This document shows, piece by piece, positions 11,801 through 24,549 of a stretch of 64,000 nucleotides of DNA. The translations under genes were made by a program, and so were the position numbers. Source of the stretch: Octopus vulgaris. Taxonomy: Eukaryota. The stretch covers positions 78,740,001 through 78,804,000 of the forward strand of contig OX597827.1 of the NCBI GenBank assembly GCA_951406725.2. The letters are read 5' to 3'. The notes under the pieces were generated by a model. The model worked only from the letters and a program-made list of their open reading frames with translations, had not been told where the DNA came from and ran no database searches. The stretch's first letter is position 1, and each line of letters starts with the position of its first letter.

Positions 11801-13279
11801 TCAATTCTGTGTCGCTGGTTTCTCAACAAAAGCCTCGGTGGACCTGTGAATAGCTTCGTGTCGTTTCAGGTGTGCCTTGCGGGAAAACGACACCCCACAC
11901 TCCAAACACGAATAGGGTTTCTCCCCCGTGTGAATCATTTCATGCCTCTTTAGAGTCGAACTCTTTGAAAAAGTGTTGCCACAGTAACTGCAGGTAAATG
12001 CTTTCTGCCCTGTATGGTTCTTCCGATGAATGGCCAAGCCGTCTTTACGGGAGAAGAGTTTGCCACAAAACTCACAGCTGAAGGGTTTCTCGCCCGTATG
12101 GATCCGAAGATGTAACAAAAGGGTGAAGTTTTGAGTAAACCCTTTCCCACAAACTGAGCAAGGGAAGGGCTTGATGGCAGCATGGACCCGTTTGTGTTTT
12201 GTTAAAATGGAATTCAAAGCAAAACCTTTGCCACATTCTTCACACTTGAACGGTTTGTTGCCGGTGTGAGTGGCATGGTGGGATTTCAGTTGTCCTCCCT
12301 GTGCAAATTCCTTACCACAGATATCACATTGATACATTTTCTTGCCAGAATGGAGTCTTTCGTGTATTTTCAGAGATGAGCTGCAAGCAAAATGTTTTTG
12401 ACACGTATCACATTTAAAGAGTTTTTCCCCAGAATGGGTGAGTCGATGCCTTTTGAGGACGTGAACTAACGTAAACTGTTTACCACAAATCTCACACGTG
12501 TAGGCCTTTTCTCCAGAATGGTTCTTCAAATGTGTTGTCAAACCTGATTTCTGAGAATAAGTTTTGCCACAGATCGAACAGGCATACGGCCTTTCTCCCG
12601 TGTGGGTCTTTTTATGGCGTTTCAGAGCATAGGTTTGTGAGAAAGACTTACCACATACATCGCATGCATGGGCCTTCTTGTCGAGGTGGTTCTTTGTGTG
12701 GCTTATCCAGCCAGATTTTTGCGAGAAAGTTTTTCCACAAATCGAACACACAAACGGCTTCTCTCCCGTATGAATCCTGACATGGCCTTCCAAAGCAAAA
12801 CTACGAACAAACGACTTACCACACACTTTACAAACATGTGGCTTCACACTGGCATGGATTCTCATGTGGCTTCGCATTATCCCAGCCTGGGCAAAGGCTT
12901 TTCCACAGATTTCACAGACATGGCTCCGGACATCCGAGTGACTTAATTTATGCATTTTCAAATGATCACTCCGAGAAAATACTTTCCTACAAGTATCACA
13001 TTTGTATGTTTTCCGTTTCCTAACACCGCCGGAACCATTAATATTCTTCGACTCAGTTGGAGGCAAGTTTTCCACACTATTATCTGAGATTTCCACTTTT
13101 TTTTCCACTTGAGTTTTTTCTGGAACTTTCCCTTTCTGTCTCAAACCGAAAGCCTTCAGGAATTGACTGGAATCCTTCCGGTCCACATCATCACAGCTAT
13201 TTGCAACATGCAAGTCTAAATCTGATTGATCAGAGAAAGCCTCATGGCAATCTGCACATTTATAGGGTTTTTCCTCCAT
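11801..13279 (-). CDS. C2H2 zinc-finger protein, 492 aa (one N-terminal C2HC finger plus 14 tandem C2H2 fingers)
   Basis: Uninterrupted ORF with repeated CxxC-x12-HxxxH units and TGEKP-type linkers. The first finger is YKCADCHEAFSDQSDLDLHVANSC. A candidate acceptor for the coding exon (minus strand TCTGTTTCTAAATTTCCAG) lies at 13891-13909. Confidence 0.95.
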   Translation of the reverse strand: MEEKPYKCADCHEAFSDQSDLDLHVANSCDDVDRKDSSQFLKAFGLRQKGKVPEKTQVEKKVEISDNSVENLPPTESKNINGSGGVRKRKTYKCDTCRKVFSRSDHLKMHKLSHSDVRSHVCEICGKAFAQAGIMRSHMRIHASVKPHVCKVCGKSFVRSFALEGHVRIHTGEKPFVCSICGKTFSQKSGWISHTKNHLDKKAHACDVCGKSFSQTYALKRHKKTHTGERPYACSICGKTYSQKSGLTTHLKNHSGEKAYTCEICGKQFTLVHVLKRHRLTHSGEKLFKCDTCQKHFACSSSLKIHERLHSGKKMYQCDICGKEFAQGGQLKSHHATHTGNKPFKCEECGKGFALNSILTKHKRVHAAIKPFPCSVCGKGFTQNFTLLLHLRIHTGEKPFSCEFCGKLFSRKDGLAIHRKNHTGQKAFTCSYCGNTFSKSSTLKRHEMIHTGEKPYSCLECGVSFSRKAHLKRHEAIHRSTEAFVEKPATQN

Positions 13280-16089
13280 CTTTAACAGTTCACCTGCTCA
13301 AAGCAATTAACGACTGACCAGAGCCAGGACCGTTAACCAAGTCACTGTTCAATGTTAATGTTTCCCTGTTTGTTGTTCACCGTTAATGTTTATATGACTG
13401 TCACGAGAGGGAAGATACTAACACCACAGTGTTCACTGTTGATGTTTGATTAATTGTCATTACAGAGGATCTGTTAATGAAGTTGGTGTTTGCTGTTAAT
13501 GGTTGATTAACAATCCTGAAAGTGGAGTTATTATTAATAAAACAGCTGATGGCGTTAGCTATTAATGGTTGATTAGCTGTCATCAATGCAGTTGGTGTTA
13601 AGATGACAGAGAGATGTTGGTCACAATTCATAAGTGTCCGAGAGTCTCAAGAGATCAACATCTGCCATATTGCTTCAGATTCACTTCACAATTAATTCTA
13701 CAAATAATATTTCCTCATCTTTTCCAGTTAAACATTCGACTTTATCTCCAGCTGCTGCTGCTGCTACTGATGGCTGTTAATTAAGGTGTTGAAGCAGTTG
13801 GACTAATTAACAGGCCAGTTCTGAACATCCTCCTCATTCTTCACTTCCTGTTCACCATCCTTATCTTTCTGTGGAAGCTGGAGGATTTACCTGGAAATTT
13901 AGAAACAGATAAATTAACATCATGACTTGGTTATATTTAAACAAAATTAATAATTAAAGAAGTGAAATAGCAGGATCGTTAGGTTGTCAGACGAGAAATT
14001 TTGCAGTATTTGTTCCAACTTTTCTAAGTTCAAATCTCGTTGAAGTGAACTTTGCTTTTCCCCTTTCTGGGGTCAAGTACCAGACACGTTCTTTTATTCT
14101 TTTATCTTTCATCAATCATCATCGTCTAACGTCCACTTTCCATGCTAGCATGGGTTGGACGATTTTGACTGAGGGCTGGCGAACCAGATGGCTGCACCAG
14201 GCTCCAATCTTGATCTGGCAGAGTTTCTACAGCTAGATTCCCTTCCTAAAGCCAACCACTCTGAGAGTGTAGAGGGTGCTTTTTACGTGCCACCAGCATG
14301 GGGCCAGTCAGGTGGTACTGGCAACAACCTCGCTCACATCTTTTTACATATGCCAGTAAGGCGACACATATGCCAGTAAGGCGACAGTAAGGTGCCAGTA
14401 AGGCGACACTGGTAACGATCACGCTTAAATGGTGCCCTTTTATGTTCCACCAGTACGGGGCCAGTCAGGGGGTACTGGCAACGACCTCACTTGCATCGTT
14501 TTACATATGCCACTGGCACAGATGCCAGCACTGAAATAAATATTTTTATTTATTTATTTTTTGTTTCAGTCATTTGACTTTGGCCATGCTGGAACACTGC
14601 CTTCAGTTGAAGAAATCGACCCCAGGACTTATTCTTTGTAAGCCTGGTACTTATGCTATCGGTCTCTTATGCTATCGGTCTCATGCCGAACTGCTAAGCT
14701 ACGGGGATGCAAACACACCAACATTGGTTGTCAAGCGATTAAGGTCAATTTAATCAACCGAAACAAAAGTTTCTCAGACTTCTTCAAACAACACAGAAAC
14801 AAGATGGGGCATGAAATTCTCAAGATCTTAAATGCTGTTGGCACTTACAAATTAGAAGAGGGCATTCAGATGATGTCAGAAAAAATCCTGCTCTTGGTAT
14901 GATGTAGCTGAGTGCTGTTTCATGGTCGGGTGGTCAGCAACTAAACCACCTCCTCCACCTGGCTTGCCAAGGTGTGGACACATGGCAGGACACTCTGCAG
15001 GAAGGATGAGCTCATTGCGAGCCAATGACCTTCCAAATGAATGATGTTTCATAAAATCATCCTGCATGCAAGCTGGCAAATCTTGCTGGTCCAAGAGTGT
15101 AGTCATGAAAACTCCAATGAAAGACAGACCACGTTCTCAAGTTGCAGTCAACATCCAGAAGTGATGTGACATAGAGGTAGATGAGGGTTTAAACACAAAT
15201 GGCCACACTATTCTGGTGGTCAGCAGTGAACCCCAACTATGAAAGATGCAAATTAAATAAAGATTTAAACTGGAGATAAATCAAGATTTTCGTATGTGTT
15301 TGTGGGAATTAGAATAAATAGTGACAAATTTAACAGGAGCAAGCCCTGTAGTACAATAGTGCAGCTGGGCCCGAAGAGGGCAACAATATCGAAGAACACA
15401 TTTCCATCTGTTGAATTTTAAAACAAGAAGAGTCGAGTTGAACTGATGAGGAGTTTATGGCCTTCATGCTGTTTCGAAGTCTTTGAGTAATATAAGGGAG
15501 GTAACTCAAACAGTTGTTAGATCTGTTTAATTGTATGGACATTTGGGGGGGCTAGATGGAGAAAGGGTGGGTGGTGATGGAGGTGGTATGGCCACGTGGT
15601 GATGGATGGTAGCTGCAAATGAGGTAGGTGATGGGAAGATATGCTGAGGTCAGTTTTCAGTATGTTGGATGTCATATGCGAGAATCAGGGCACAAGGAGG
15701 TAGAATAAATATCCTTAAATCCTTTAAAATGTTTTAGCCGGAAGGCCGCGGCCATGCTGGGGCACCACCGCTGAAATATGGGAAGTTTTTTTTTTTATTT
15801 TTGTGGCCTTTGGTAATTTAAATAATTTACCTGAATTATACAGAAGGAAAAAAATCAGAAAACTTTCAAAAACAAAAATAAACTAATTTATATATAGGTT
15901 TCAAATTTTGACACAAAGCCTGCAAGTTCGGAAGATGGGGCTAGTTGATTACATCGGCCACAGTTTTCAACTGGTATCTATTGCATCGACACCGAAAGGA
16001 CGAAAGGCAAAGTCGACCTCGGCGGAATTTGAACTCAGAATATAAAGACGGATAAAATGCCGCTAACGATTCTGCCAAATATTAATAAC

Positions 16090-16222
16090 ATTGAGGCATT
16101 CGGTTCCCGCGGACGTAAAGAATACGCAAACCACCCGTTTCCGGCGTAACAAAATCCCTAATAATAAACACTGGGTGTGCGTATTCTTTACTTTCGCCAT
16201 CGGTTCTAACCCCCGTCTGTAC

Positions 16223-16253
<31 letters not shown>

Positions 16254-16260
16254 AAGAGAA

Positions 16261-16293
<33 letters not shown>

Positions 16294-16320
16294 AGAAAAG
16301 AATTAAGAAGTTTTTACCTT
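16090..16320 (-). promoter_or_regulatory. Candidate promoter and first exon of the 492-aa ZNF gene
   Basis: Local CpG cluster, ETS-like TTCCGG, a (TC)n tract on the minus strand, and donor-like GTAAAG (16191) and AG|GTAAAA (~16317). No transcript evidence is available. Confidence 0.35.
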
Positions 16321-16554
16321 ATCAAAGAACAAGGAAAGTGAACCATCTTAGTCCTCCCTACGAAGCTATGTCACTGCTCGTTCATGGTTGGCACCTGATC
16401 TATAACATTCTCGCCATCTCAATAGCAATCCGTCAGGGTCTGAAACATGACAACCCTGAAATTCGAACCAAAGACATTAAGTAGTAAGACAGCGTGACTG
16501 GGAGACAATCCCAGCACATGGCAACTCACAACACACACACCTCCCTAAATATAT

Positions 16555-16786
16555 GTTTCTTTATTGCCCACAAGGGGCTAAACACAGAGGGGACAAACAA
16601 GGACAGACAAACGGATTAAGTCGATTACATCGACTCCAGTGCGTAACTGGTACTTTATTTATCGACCCCGAAAGGATAAAAGGCAAAGTCGACCTCAGCG
16701 GAATTTGAACTCAGAACGTAACGCAGACGAAATACCGCTAAGCATTTCGCCTGGCATGCTAACGATTCTGCCAGCTCGCCGCCTTT
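16555..16786 (-). mobile_element. Young full-length SINE family A with 17-bp TSD
   Basis: CACCTCCCTAAATATAT flanks both ends. Intact head GGCGGCGAGCTGGCAGAATCGTTAGC and B box. Other family A copies lie at ~3850-3995, 4095-4535, 6795-7190, 15895-16080, 22125-22332, 22690-22902, 46450-46665, 50680-50900, 51325-51540 and 57110-57200. Confidence 0.9.
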
Positions 16787-18460
16787 CACCTCCCTAAATA
16801 TATCCATCTCACACATTCGCATGCAGACACACATGTTTGCATATGAATCGTTCATACAGTGGAATGCTGTGCTATGAAAAAGAAGAAAAGTTTAAACGTT
16901 TCGGACAGAATATTTCGTCATTGCGGGTAAAGACAATTTTGCAAGTAAACACACGTTTGCACATAAACACATACACTTCCATTTAGAATCACACACACAC
17001 ACACGCATTTACAATTAAGGAACACGCGCATGTCTACATGTAAACATGCACGTCTTTGTTCGTAAACACAGGCGCACATCCGTTTGTGTAAAAACTTCCA
17101 CATTTGTACCACCAAGACCCAATCTAAGCGTAAACAGATACAGCAACATAGAAACATACACATCTTTGCACGAAAGTATCGATACGTTTGTAGTTAAACG
17201 AACCCCTTTTCACAAGGTACAAACAGTCTGGTTCCCTACAAATCTATTTATCTATTTGTCTATATGTGCCACTTCCTATATCTCCGGCAGTCTCTCTTAA
17301 CATGTCTGTCTGAACATAAGTACATACATACAAAACGGTTTGTTAATTATCAAATAAATACTTGTTTGTGTGTGACTGGACATAGCTCCTACCCCGCTGT
17401 CTAGGCCACAGATGCATCACCAATACATATTAAGTTACTCACCAATTGCGGACCCAGCCGCTTTCATAACAAACAAGGCAGCTGTTGTGTTACAACAGAT
17501 GATAGTTTCATAAAGCTTTCGTTACAGACAGAGGTAGATGGGTTCCAGATCGCAGAGAATTAAGTTCCGTAGTCCAGACCTGGATAGATTGGAAACGTCT
17601 AGACATGCCAAGCTAAGTTCAACTGGAAGAGACCCCTATAGACATCCTGTTGTTGAGGTAGGTTCGGTTTGGCTCCAAAGGACTGAAAGGGCTGCCTATA
17701 AATGTAGATGAATATACCTGATGACAGTGGTGAGTGGTCACTAAGATAATGGTAGTTTGAGCTTACCACAATAAATAGTCTCCCACCATCACCACCACCT
17801 CTCTCTCTCTCTCTCTCTCTCTCTAAACAATCTTGTTTTAGAATAGCAGCTAAATCTCATACCCATAAACAGACGGGATGGCCACAGCTGGAAAGCCTGT
17901 GTTCATATGTCTGCTAGAACAGTGCTGAACTGGAGCTAAAAACAAATAGGCCATCATTCTTGGAAAAGACATCAGACACACACACACACTCTCTCACAGA
18001 CATATACACCCATGTATAAACACAAATATATACACACAGAAATTCACAAGGAAAACATGGCATTCACAGAAGAAATAAAATGTTTTCTTGGCTGCTAAAA
18101 ACTAAAGACTGTAACAAAGCCACAATAAATATATATAACAACAGCAGCCGAGAAAGATACTCAGTTAAATCACATGGATGAATGAAGTTCTTTTTTTTTT
18201 TTAAAGTTGTTTAAGGAATCGCAATCTGGCTTTAAAGCTGGATGTCATTGTATTTAGGAGGAGAAAAAACACACACACGAAATATCAAAGGTGAATTAAG
18301 AGGGAATAATGCAAAGTGCTTGTTTTGGAAATAGCGATTGATTAAATAAATGAAGTTAGATCTAATTTGGTATCGTGTTATTTGTCTACAAGTAGAGATG
18401 AAGAGAAAAACATGGTACTTTACCAGGAAGACAAAATTCAACCAAAGACACACAGCTTTC

Positions 18461-18495
<35 letters not shown>

Positions 18496-19099
18496 TCTGT
18501 CTCTCTTCTGTCTCCCTCCCTCTCTCTATCTCAGTTTGTCTCTCTCTCTTTCTTTCTTTCTCCGTCTTTCTCTCATTCCACTGATAGCAGTTACCTCCCC
18601 TGCATATCGTTTATTCGTGTCTCTTCTGGCTATCACACACGTACGCACACACATACATGCACTTACAGAGACACGCATACATAAACATACACTCTTAGAA
18701 ACACATACACACTATAAAATTAACTAAAAACGACTCTCCCCAAGTATAACAATAGAAATATAACCTTTTTTAAGGGTTATAGACTGCGATTTTAAAGGGA
18801 ATTTAAAAAGGAAGTTGTGACTTTCACGCCATTGACTTTATGTCACCGTACAATATATAGAATATTTTATTAAAATATAATTTTGAAATAAATTTCAGTC
18901 TGGTGCTATAACTCCATTCATATCTAGGATATTTGTAGGATTATCAAATCCGACTCCAGTCCTTGACTGGAAGTTAATTTCATTACCCAGGAAGATGAAA
19001 TACAAAGTTGACCTTACAGGGATTGGAACCCAGAACGTGGCGAACCATTGCTTAATCCAAAATATTTTCTCCTCTGCTCTACGATTGCCTCTGCTGTTA

Positions 19100-20480
19100 T
19101 AATTCTTTCAAAAGAAATATTCAGCAGAGACAACCTATCTGGGTTTCTGTTTACTTTGATACTAGATTTACTATCAAACTAAAGAGAAGCCCAGATAGAC
19201 AGTCTCTTCTACGATTCTTTGGAAAACTCCATTTCTTGTGTGCCAGGGTCCCCAACAATAAGAGACACCAGTGTAATTCATGATAAATTTGTAGACGACC
19301 TAAAAAATCTATATGGGAAATTTTTACTACCCGGAAAAAAAAATGCTGCTGAACTTAATAATAGCATTATCAAGTAATATAAGAATAGAATTTGATCGAA
19401 GCAATGTCTTTGACAAATGAACGCGAGAAAACCGCTTTCAAAGTTAACATCTTTTACATTGATGATTTCTATTTATCTCCACAGTATCACACAATGGGTT
19501 CTGTGCCTCGAAAACATGGCTACTGATGAAAACATATCATACAGAGGTGCTGTGAACAAAGAGAGTGACCAAAGATATTATATTAGTTGAAAATGTCAGT
19601 CAAAGCTTTCCTCTTACAAGGCAATCCATAAGACATCGTAGTACTTGTAATGATAACAATATACAAGACACTTGACTGGTCTGTAGAGGAAATCCACTTG
19701 ACAGATGTTAAAATCTGCAAGATACTGACATCAGTTGAAAGTTTCCGCACATATAGTGATATTTTTAGGCTTTAACCCCAAAGAAAAAATGGAGATCAAT
19801 TGAGACAGCTTTCAAATGTCGTCTGGTATCACTTAACATTTGTTAAACAACGGCAAACGCCTGCCAACCAACCAACCAACCATATTGTATGGGTCGGAAG
19901 TGAACTCCTCAAGAAGTACTTATATGAACTTCATATGGTCACAGAGCTACTGGATCTACGCAACTCAACAAAGCTCAGGTGGGGAAACACTGCATATCAT
20001 CAAAAGGTTAAACAAGAATATATTTTCAGTAAGGCTTAGGAGTTTGCTAATAGCAACAGAAAGTGTAGACACACTCGGGACTATCATCTCATGTCGTCAC
20101 ATTTTGAAAAGTTAAGCTTTTTACAACCACAGAGCAAATGATAGTAATATTGAACAACAAAGAGGGCGAAGCACTTAAATCCTTAAAATGTCACCCAAAA
20201 TGTGCCTTGTGTCATATTTCTGTAGAAACTATTTATATGTGACCATCAGCTGCCCGAAGATTTTATTAAGGGACTCTCATATAACAGGGAGTGATGATGC
20301 TAAAATACTACTCAATGTGTGACACTACCATCTATTGGTGTGTGGGGGGGGAGACACACTGGGATAAATGAAGAAAATACTTCTGATAAAATAGAATACA
20401 GACATTTCAACAGAAAGAGAAACTACAGAGAGATCAAATTACGGACCGACATGGGATATTTTTGAAAACTGTAAACAAAA
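19100..20480 (+). mobile_element. Ancient non-LTR retrotransposon relic, RLE type (R4/Dong/NeSL-like)
   Basis: Degenerate RT motifs KEIFSRDNLSG (~19110, cf. RGIFQGDSLSP) and FYIDD (~19452), followed by the CCHC-like PKCALCHISVETI (~20195). Confidence 0.5.
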
Positions 20481-20893
20481 GATCGTCTTGAACACCTCTT
20501 TTAGTCGTTCAGATTCACTTTTAATCTTGTAGACAAAACACGAAACGATAGCATCAATATCATTCTCGACTTCGGGTCACACACAATATGGCTGGTTTTA
20601 CTACGTAGTAGACATTGAGATTTTTTTCGGGTTACTGAGATTTGAACACACACAGCACTTTCCCTTTGTAGACGACAGATGAGGGTCCCGAAATTTCTTG
20701 TCGAACAGCCTGCACAGACGATTTGCTTATAGTGGTTAAATATTTGTGCCGTAGATCGGTTCTCTCACGTCTTCGAATCGACATTGCCTGTACAGATGCT
20801 CGGTGTTCTATATATCAGGTAAGGAAGTGACTGCAGAGCAACGCGAGATAAAGTGTTTTGCTTAAGAACACAATGCACTGCTTGGTTCGGGAA

Positions 20894-21441
20894 GAGAAAT
20901 TTTTTTCCCACGAGAGTTCCGGACCCCAGTTATGAACTCATTTGCATACAGCCAATCAGAGCTCAACTATTAAACTAATTTATGAGCGTATGACAAGTGA
21001 TGGGCGATAAGATAAGGTCATTTGGGCAAGGAATGACCATGATTCTTTTCTCTTTTAAGAATGCTTGTTGTTCTTGTTCTTGTTTCAACCATGGCTGCCT
21101 CTGCGTAGTTATTTGTGTTGTTCTTTACTTTGTAAACCAGTAAGGGGAGAGGGTTGCTAGCACATCACCCTCTACCCACATTTCCCCCATCCACATCTTT
21201 ACCATATGGGGCCCTAACAAAATCCGATCATAGGTCTATGATGCAAATCTATCTAATTACATGTCTCCTTCTAAAATCAGGCATAACCTAGCGATCGGTC
21301 GACTTACAACACCGTTCTTCGTCTGGAGTTTACTTGGTAGAGGGTGTTTGTTAACTTGACATGGTCAAGGTGAGCTCTGATTGGCTGTATGCAAATGAGT
21401 TCATTGTTGGGGTCCGGAACTCTCGTAGGAAAAAGATTCAC
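20894..21441. mobile_element. MITE with ~75-bp TIRs and 9-bp TSD (Mutator-like), inserted in a family C SINE
   Basis: 20894-20967 is the reverse complement of ~21372-21441. The flanks are GTTCGGGAA (20885-20893) and GTCCGGGAA (21442-21450). Confidence 0.8.
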
Positions 21442-21673
21442 GTCCGGGAACTGAAACCATGATCTTTCGATCGTGAGTACAACACCCTGACCACTAGTTT
21501 GCGTGCCTACACAATATGTCTGTCTGTCTGTCACAACTGTCCAACGATCGAGAATGTGAAGCTGGGTAATAATAGTTTTGTGAACATTTTGCAGCTTTAA
21601 TAAAAGCATATTAGTCTACCTTCGGTATCCAAGTACGATTTTTTCCCATCTTGTTTTGTACTTATGTGCTTAC

Positions 21674-21721
<48 letters not shown>

Positions 21722-24549
21722 ATACAAGTCACTGAAGTTAACTTCTCAGCGACATCACTAACATGAACAAAAAGAAGATAATATCAATAGATTTAACTGA
21801 TGATTAGATACCTAATTACAAAATAATTATATGGTTAAGAAAAGACAACATTAATTCAATGACTGATATTATTTTAATCAGGTCAGCAAACATGGGAAAC
21901 AACTCCAGACATGTTCTGGTTTTATTATGACCTTCTCAGCTAAGCATATACTTCACTGTAATAGCTGTAGTAATAATGAGGGTATCATTGAGTAAATGTA
22001 TAACATTGTACATGAGCATCGGTTGTGAAACATTAACATATCATTCCCTCCATATTTGTTAAAATAATAAAAATAATATCAGTCATTGAGCTACCGTCGT
22101 CTTTTCTTCATCACGTAATTATTGATTTCAAATTTTGGCACAAGACCAACAATTTCGGGGGAGCAAATCGATTAGATCGATCCTAGTGCTCAACTGGTAC
22201 CAATTTTATCGACCTCGTAAGGATGAAAGGCAAAGTCGACCACAGCGGAATCTAAACCCAGAATATAAAGATGGACGAAATGTCGCTAAACATTTTGCTC
22301 AGCGTGCTAACGATTCTGCCAGCTCGCCGCCTTTATCACATAAATGGCCGAATGGTTAAGCTTCACAGCGACAAAGTCTCAGGTTCGATCCTGCTGCGTG
22401 GCGTCTTGAGGCAAATGTCGCTTTCTATAAACGTGGATCAACTCATAACTTGTGATTGAAACTGGGTCGATGGAATCTGTAGAGAAACACCTGCCTGGTT
22501 GGATGGTAATTGTAAAGTCTTGTCACGTACTGATTGTGCTCAAGAATTACGTGAAGTCAACACCTGTCCGTGGAGTGCTCAACCATTTTTACATGAGTTC
22601 AAGAGGAGATAATTCATTTGAGTGAACAACCGGATCCTCATCGTCAAACGACGGGGATTCACCACCTCTCACTATATTAAATATATTGATCTCAAATGTT
22701 GGCAAAATGCCAGCAATAGCAGAAGAAGGGCTAAGTCGATTACATCCATCCCAGTGTTCAAATGGTACTTATTTTATCGACCCCGAAAGGGTGAAAGGTA
22801 AGATCAACCCCGGTGGCATTTGAACTCAGAACGTAAAGCCTAAAGAAATGTCGCTAAGAAATTTTTTTCCGGCGTGATGACGATTCTGACAGTTCACCGC
22901 TTTCATTATATTAATTGAACAATTATTACTAATGAATCAGTGATTAATGAATATTAGAAAATATGGGGAATGTAGGTTTCGTTCAAAGACCCCAAGTTGT
23001 GCTGAACGTTGTCGCTGGGGCGAGCTTTTTGTGGTCTAAGCAGAATTTTTTATTGCCAACCCGTAATGAGTGAATCAGTGATAAATGACGATAAATGTAC
23101 TCTATTAAATAGATTACTTAATATTCGCTACATTAAATACGTTAATTAGGTAGTTAATATTAATTACGTTAAATATGCTAGCAGTAACTTAACTGTTGTT
23201 GTTGCAGATGATGTCTCTGAGTAACAAAGGGCAATGATTTCCTGGATAAAATATTTTCCCTTTTCTCTATTTAACCTTATGGAAAGAAGGGAACAATTTT
23301 GCAGTCGTTTGATCAGCTGAAATAGCAAGCAAATTCCCTCAAATCACATCTTGCCGTCTTAAAAATGGGAGGACATATTGGTTGATGGTTGAGATATTTT
23401 TAAAAAAGGATGGTCACAGCTAGAACGCCTTTAATTATATGTCTGTTCAATCGTAGCTGATCTGGGTTTAAACAATAGCAACTAGAACCAGAACCGATAG
23501 ATGAGATATTTAGAATCTGCTGTAAAAATGGATTCCAACATTTTAAGAATCGAAATCCTGAAGACTTCCTTCACTTATTTCCCCTGAGTTGAAGGGAACC
23601 ATATATTGGTTCGTAGGATTTCTCTCCAAGATTCATGTCTGATGAGGCTATGAGACTCCGTCCACAGTCCTTAACCATTCATTATGATTCTCATAGATAC
23701 ATATAAACACGGGCGTTCAGGACACGATGTCCTCAAGAACCTATAAAAGGCGATGGCGTCGTTTTTATTTCAGAATTTATCGAAGAGCCACAGAAAATGT
23801 TCCTAACCTGGCAAAATGGTCAAGAATTCTGAGCTAAACATGAATATGGCACAAACAAAAGTATGAATAAGAAACAGAGAACACAAAATAGCATTGTCAT
23901 TTACGAAATAATTTTGTTTAATATGGAGGGAACAGAAAATGAACTCAATACCGGATATGGCGACACAAAAAGTATAAGGGAGCGCTGATTGTACAGGAGT
24001 AGTTAATTATCAGTTACGTTATTATAAAAGGGCTATCTAACAGTTGCATTTGGGTATCTTAACAGTTGATTACCCACAACATTATTACATAAGGATATCT
24101 GTGATCTAGTGCATAAAAGTATTTCACTTACGTCAATGATAATCTTGCTAGTATGGTAGACATATTTTATAAGACAATTCTGTACTACCCGTTACCCCCA
24201 CCCGCCATCTACTGCTTGACTCGCCTTTTTTTCTTTTTGTTTCCTTGGGGAGGTAGTTATGGAGAGTTTTCCTCGATAATTTGATCTTATATACGTTTAA
24301 CGTTTTTTCTTCCTGGAAAAATGTTAAAGCCAGCAATTGTCTTTCACCAGTCAATAGGGAAAATGGATTAACTACACCCGAGAATCAAATCGTGAAGCGT
24401 CACCTTTAGCCCACCCCCATTCTCTCATATTAAATAATTTGTAAATATATGAAAATATATCAGAAAATTCTGAGAAGAAATCTTTATATACAGGTAACTT
24501 AGCCTATTAAATACCCGTCAACATTGAAACATCCCATGCTTTCATACAA

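Noticed and set aside
20664-20703. Hammerhead-like string CGA-CAGATGA-GGGTCCC-GAAA...TCG
   Set aside because: The core has a substitution, the stem II loop is 1 nt, and the segment aligns to the family C SINE tail, whose better-preserved copy at ~9255-9300 lacks the motif.
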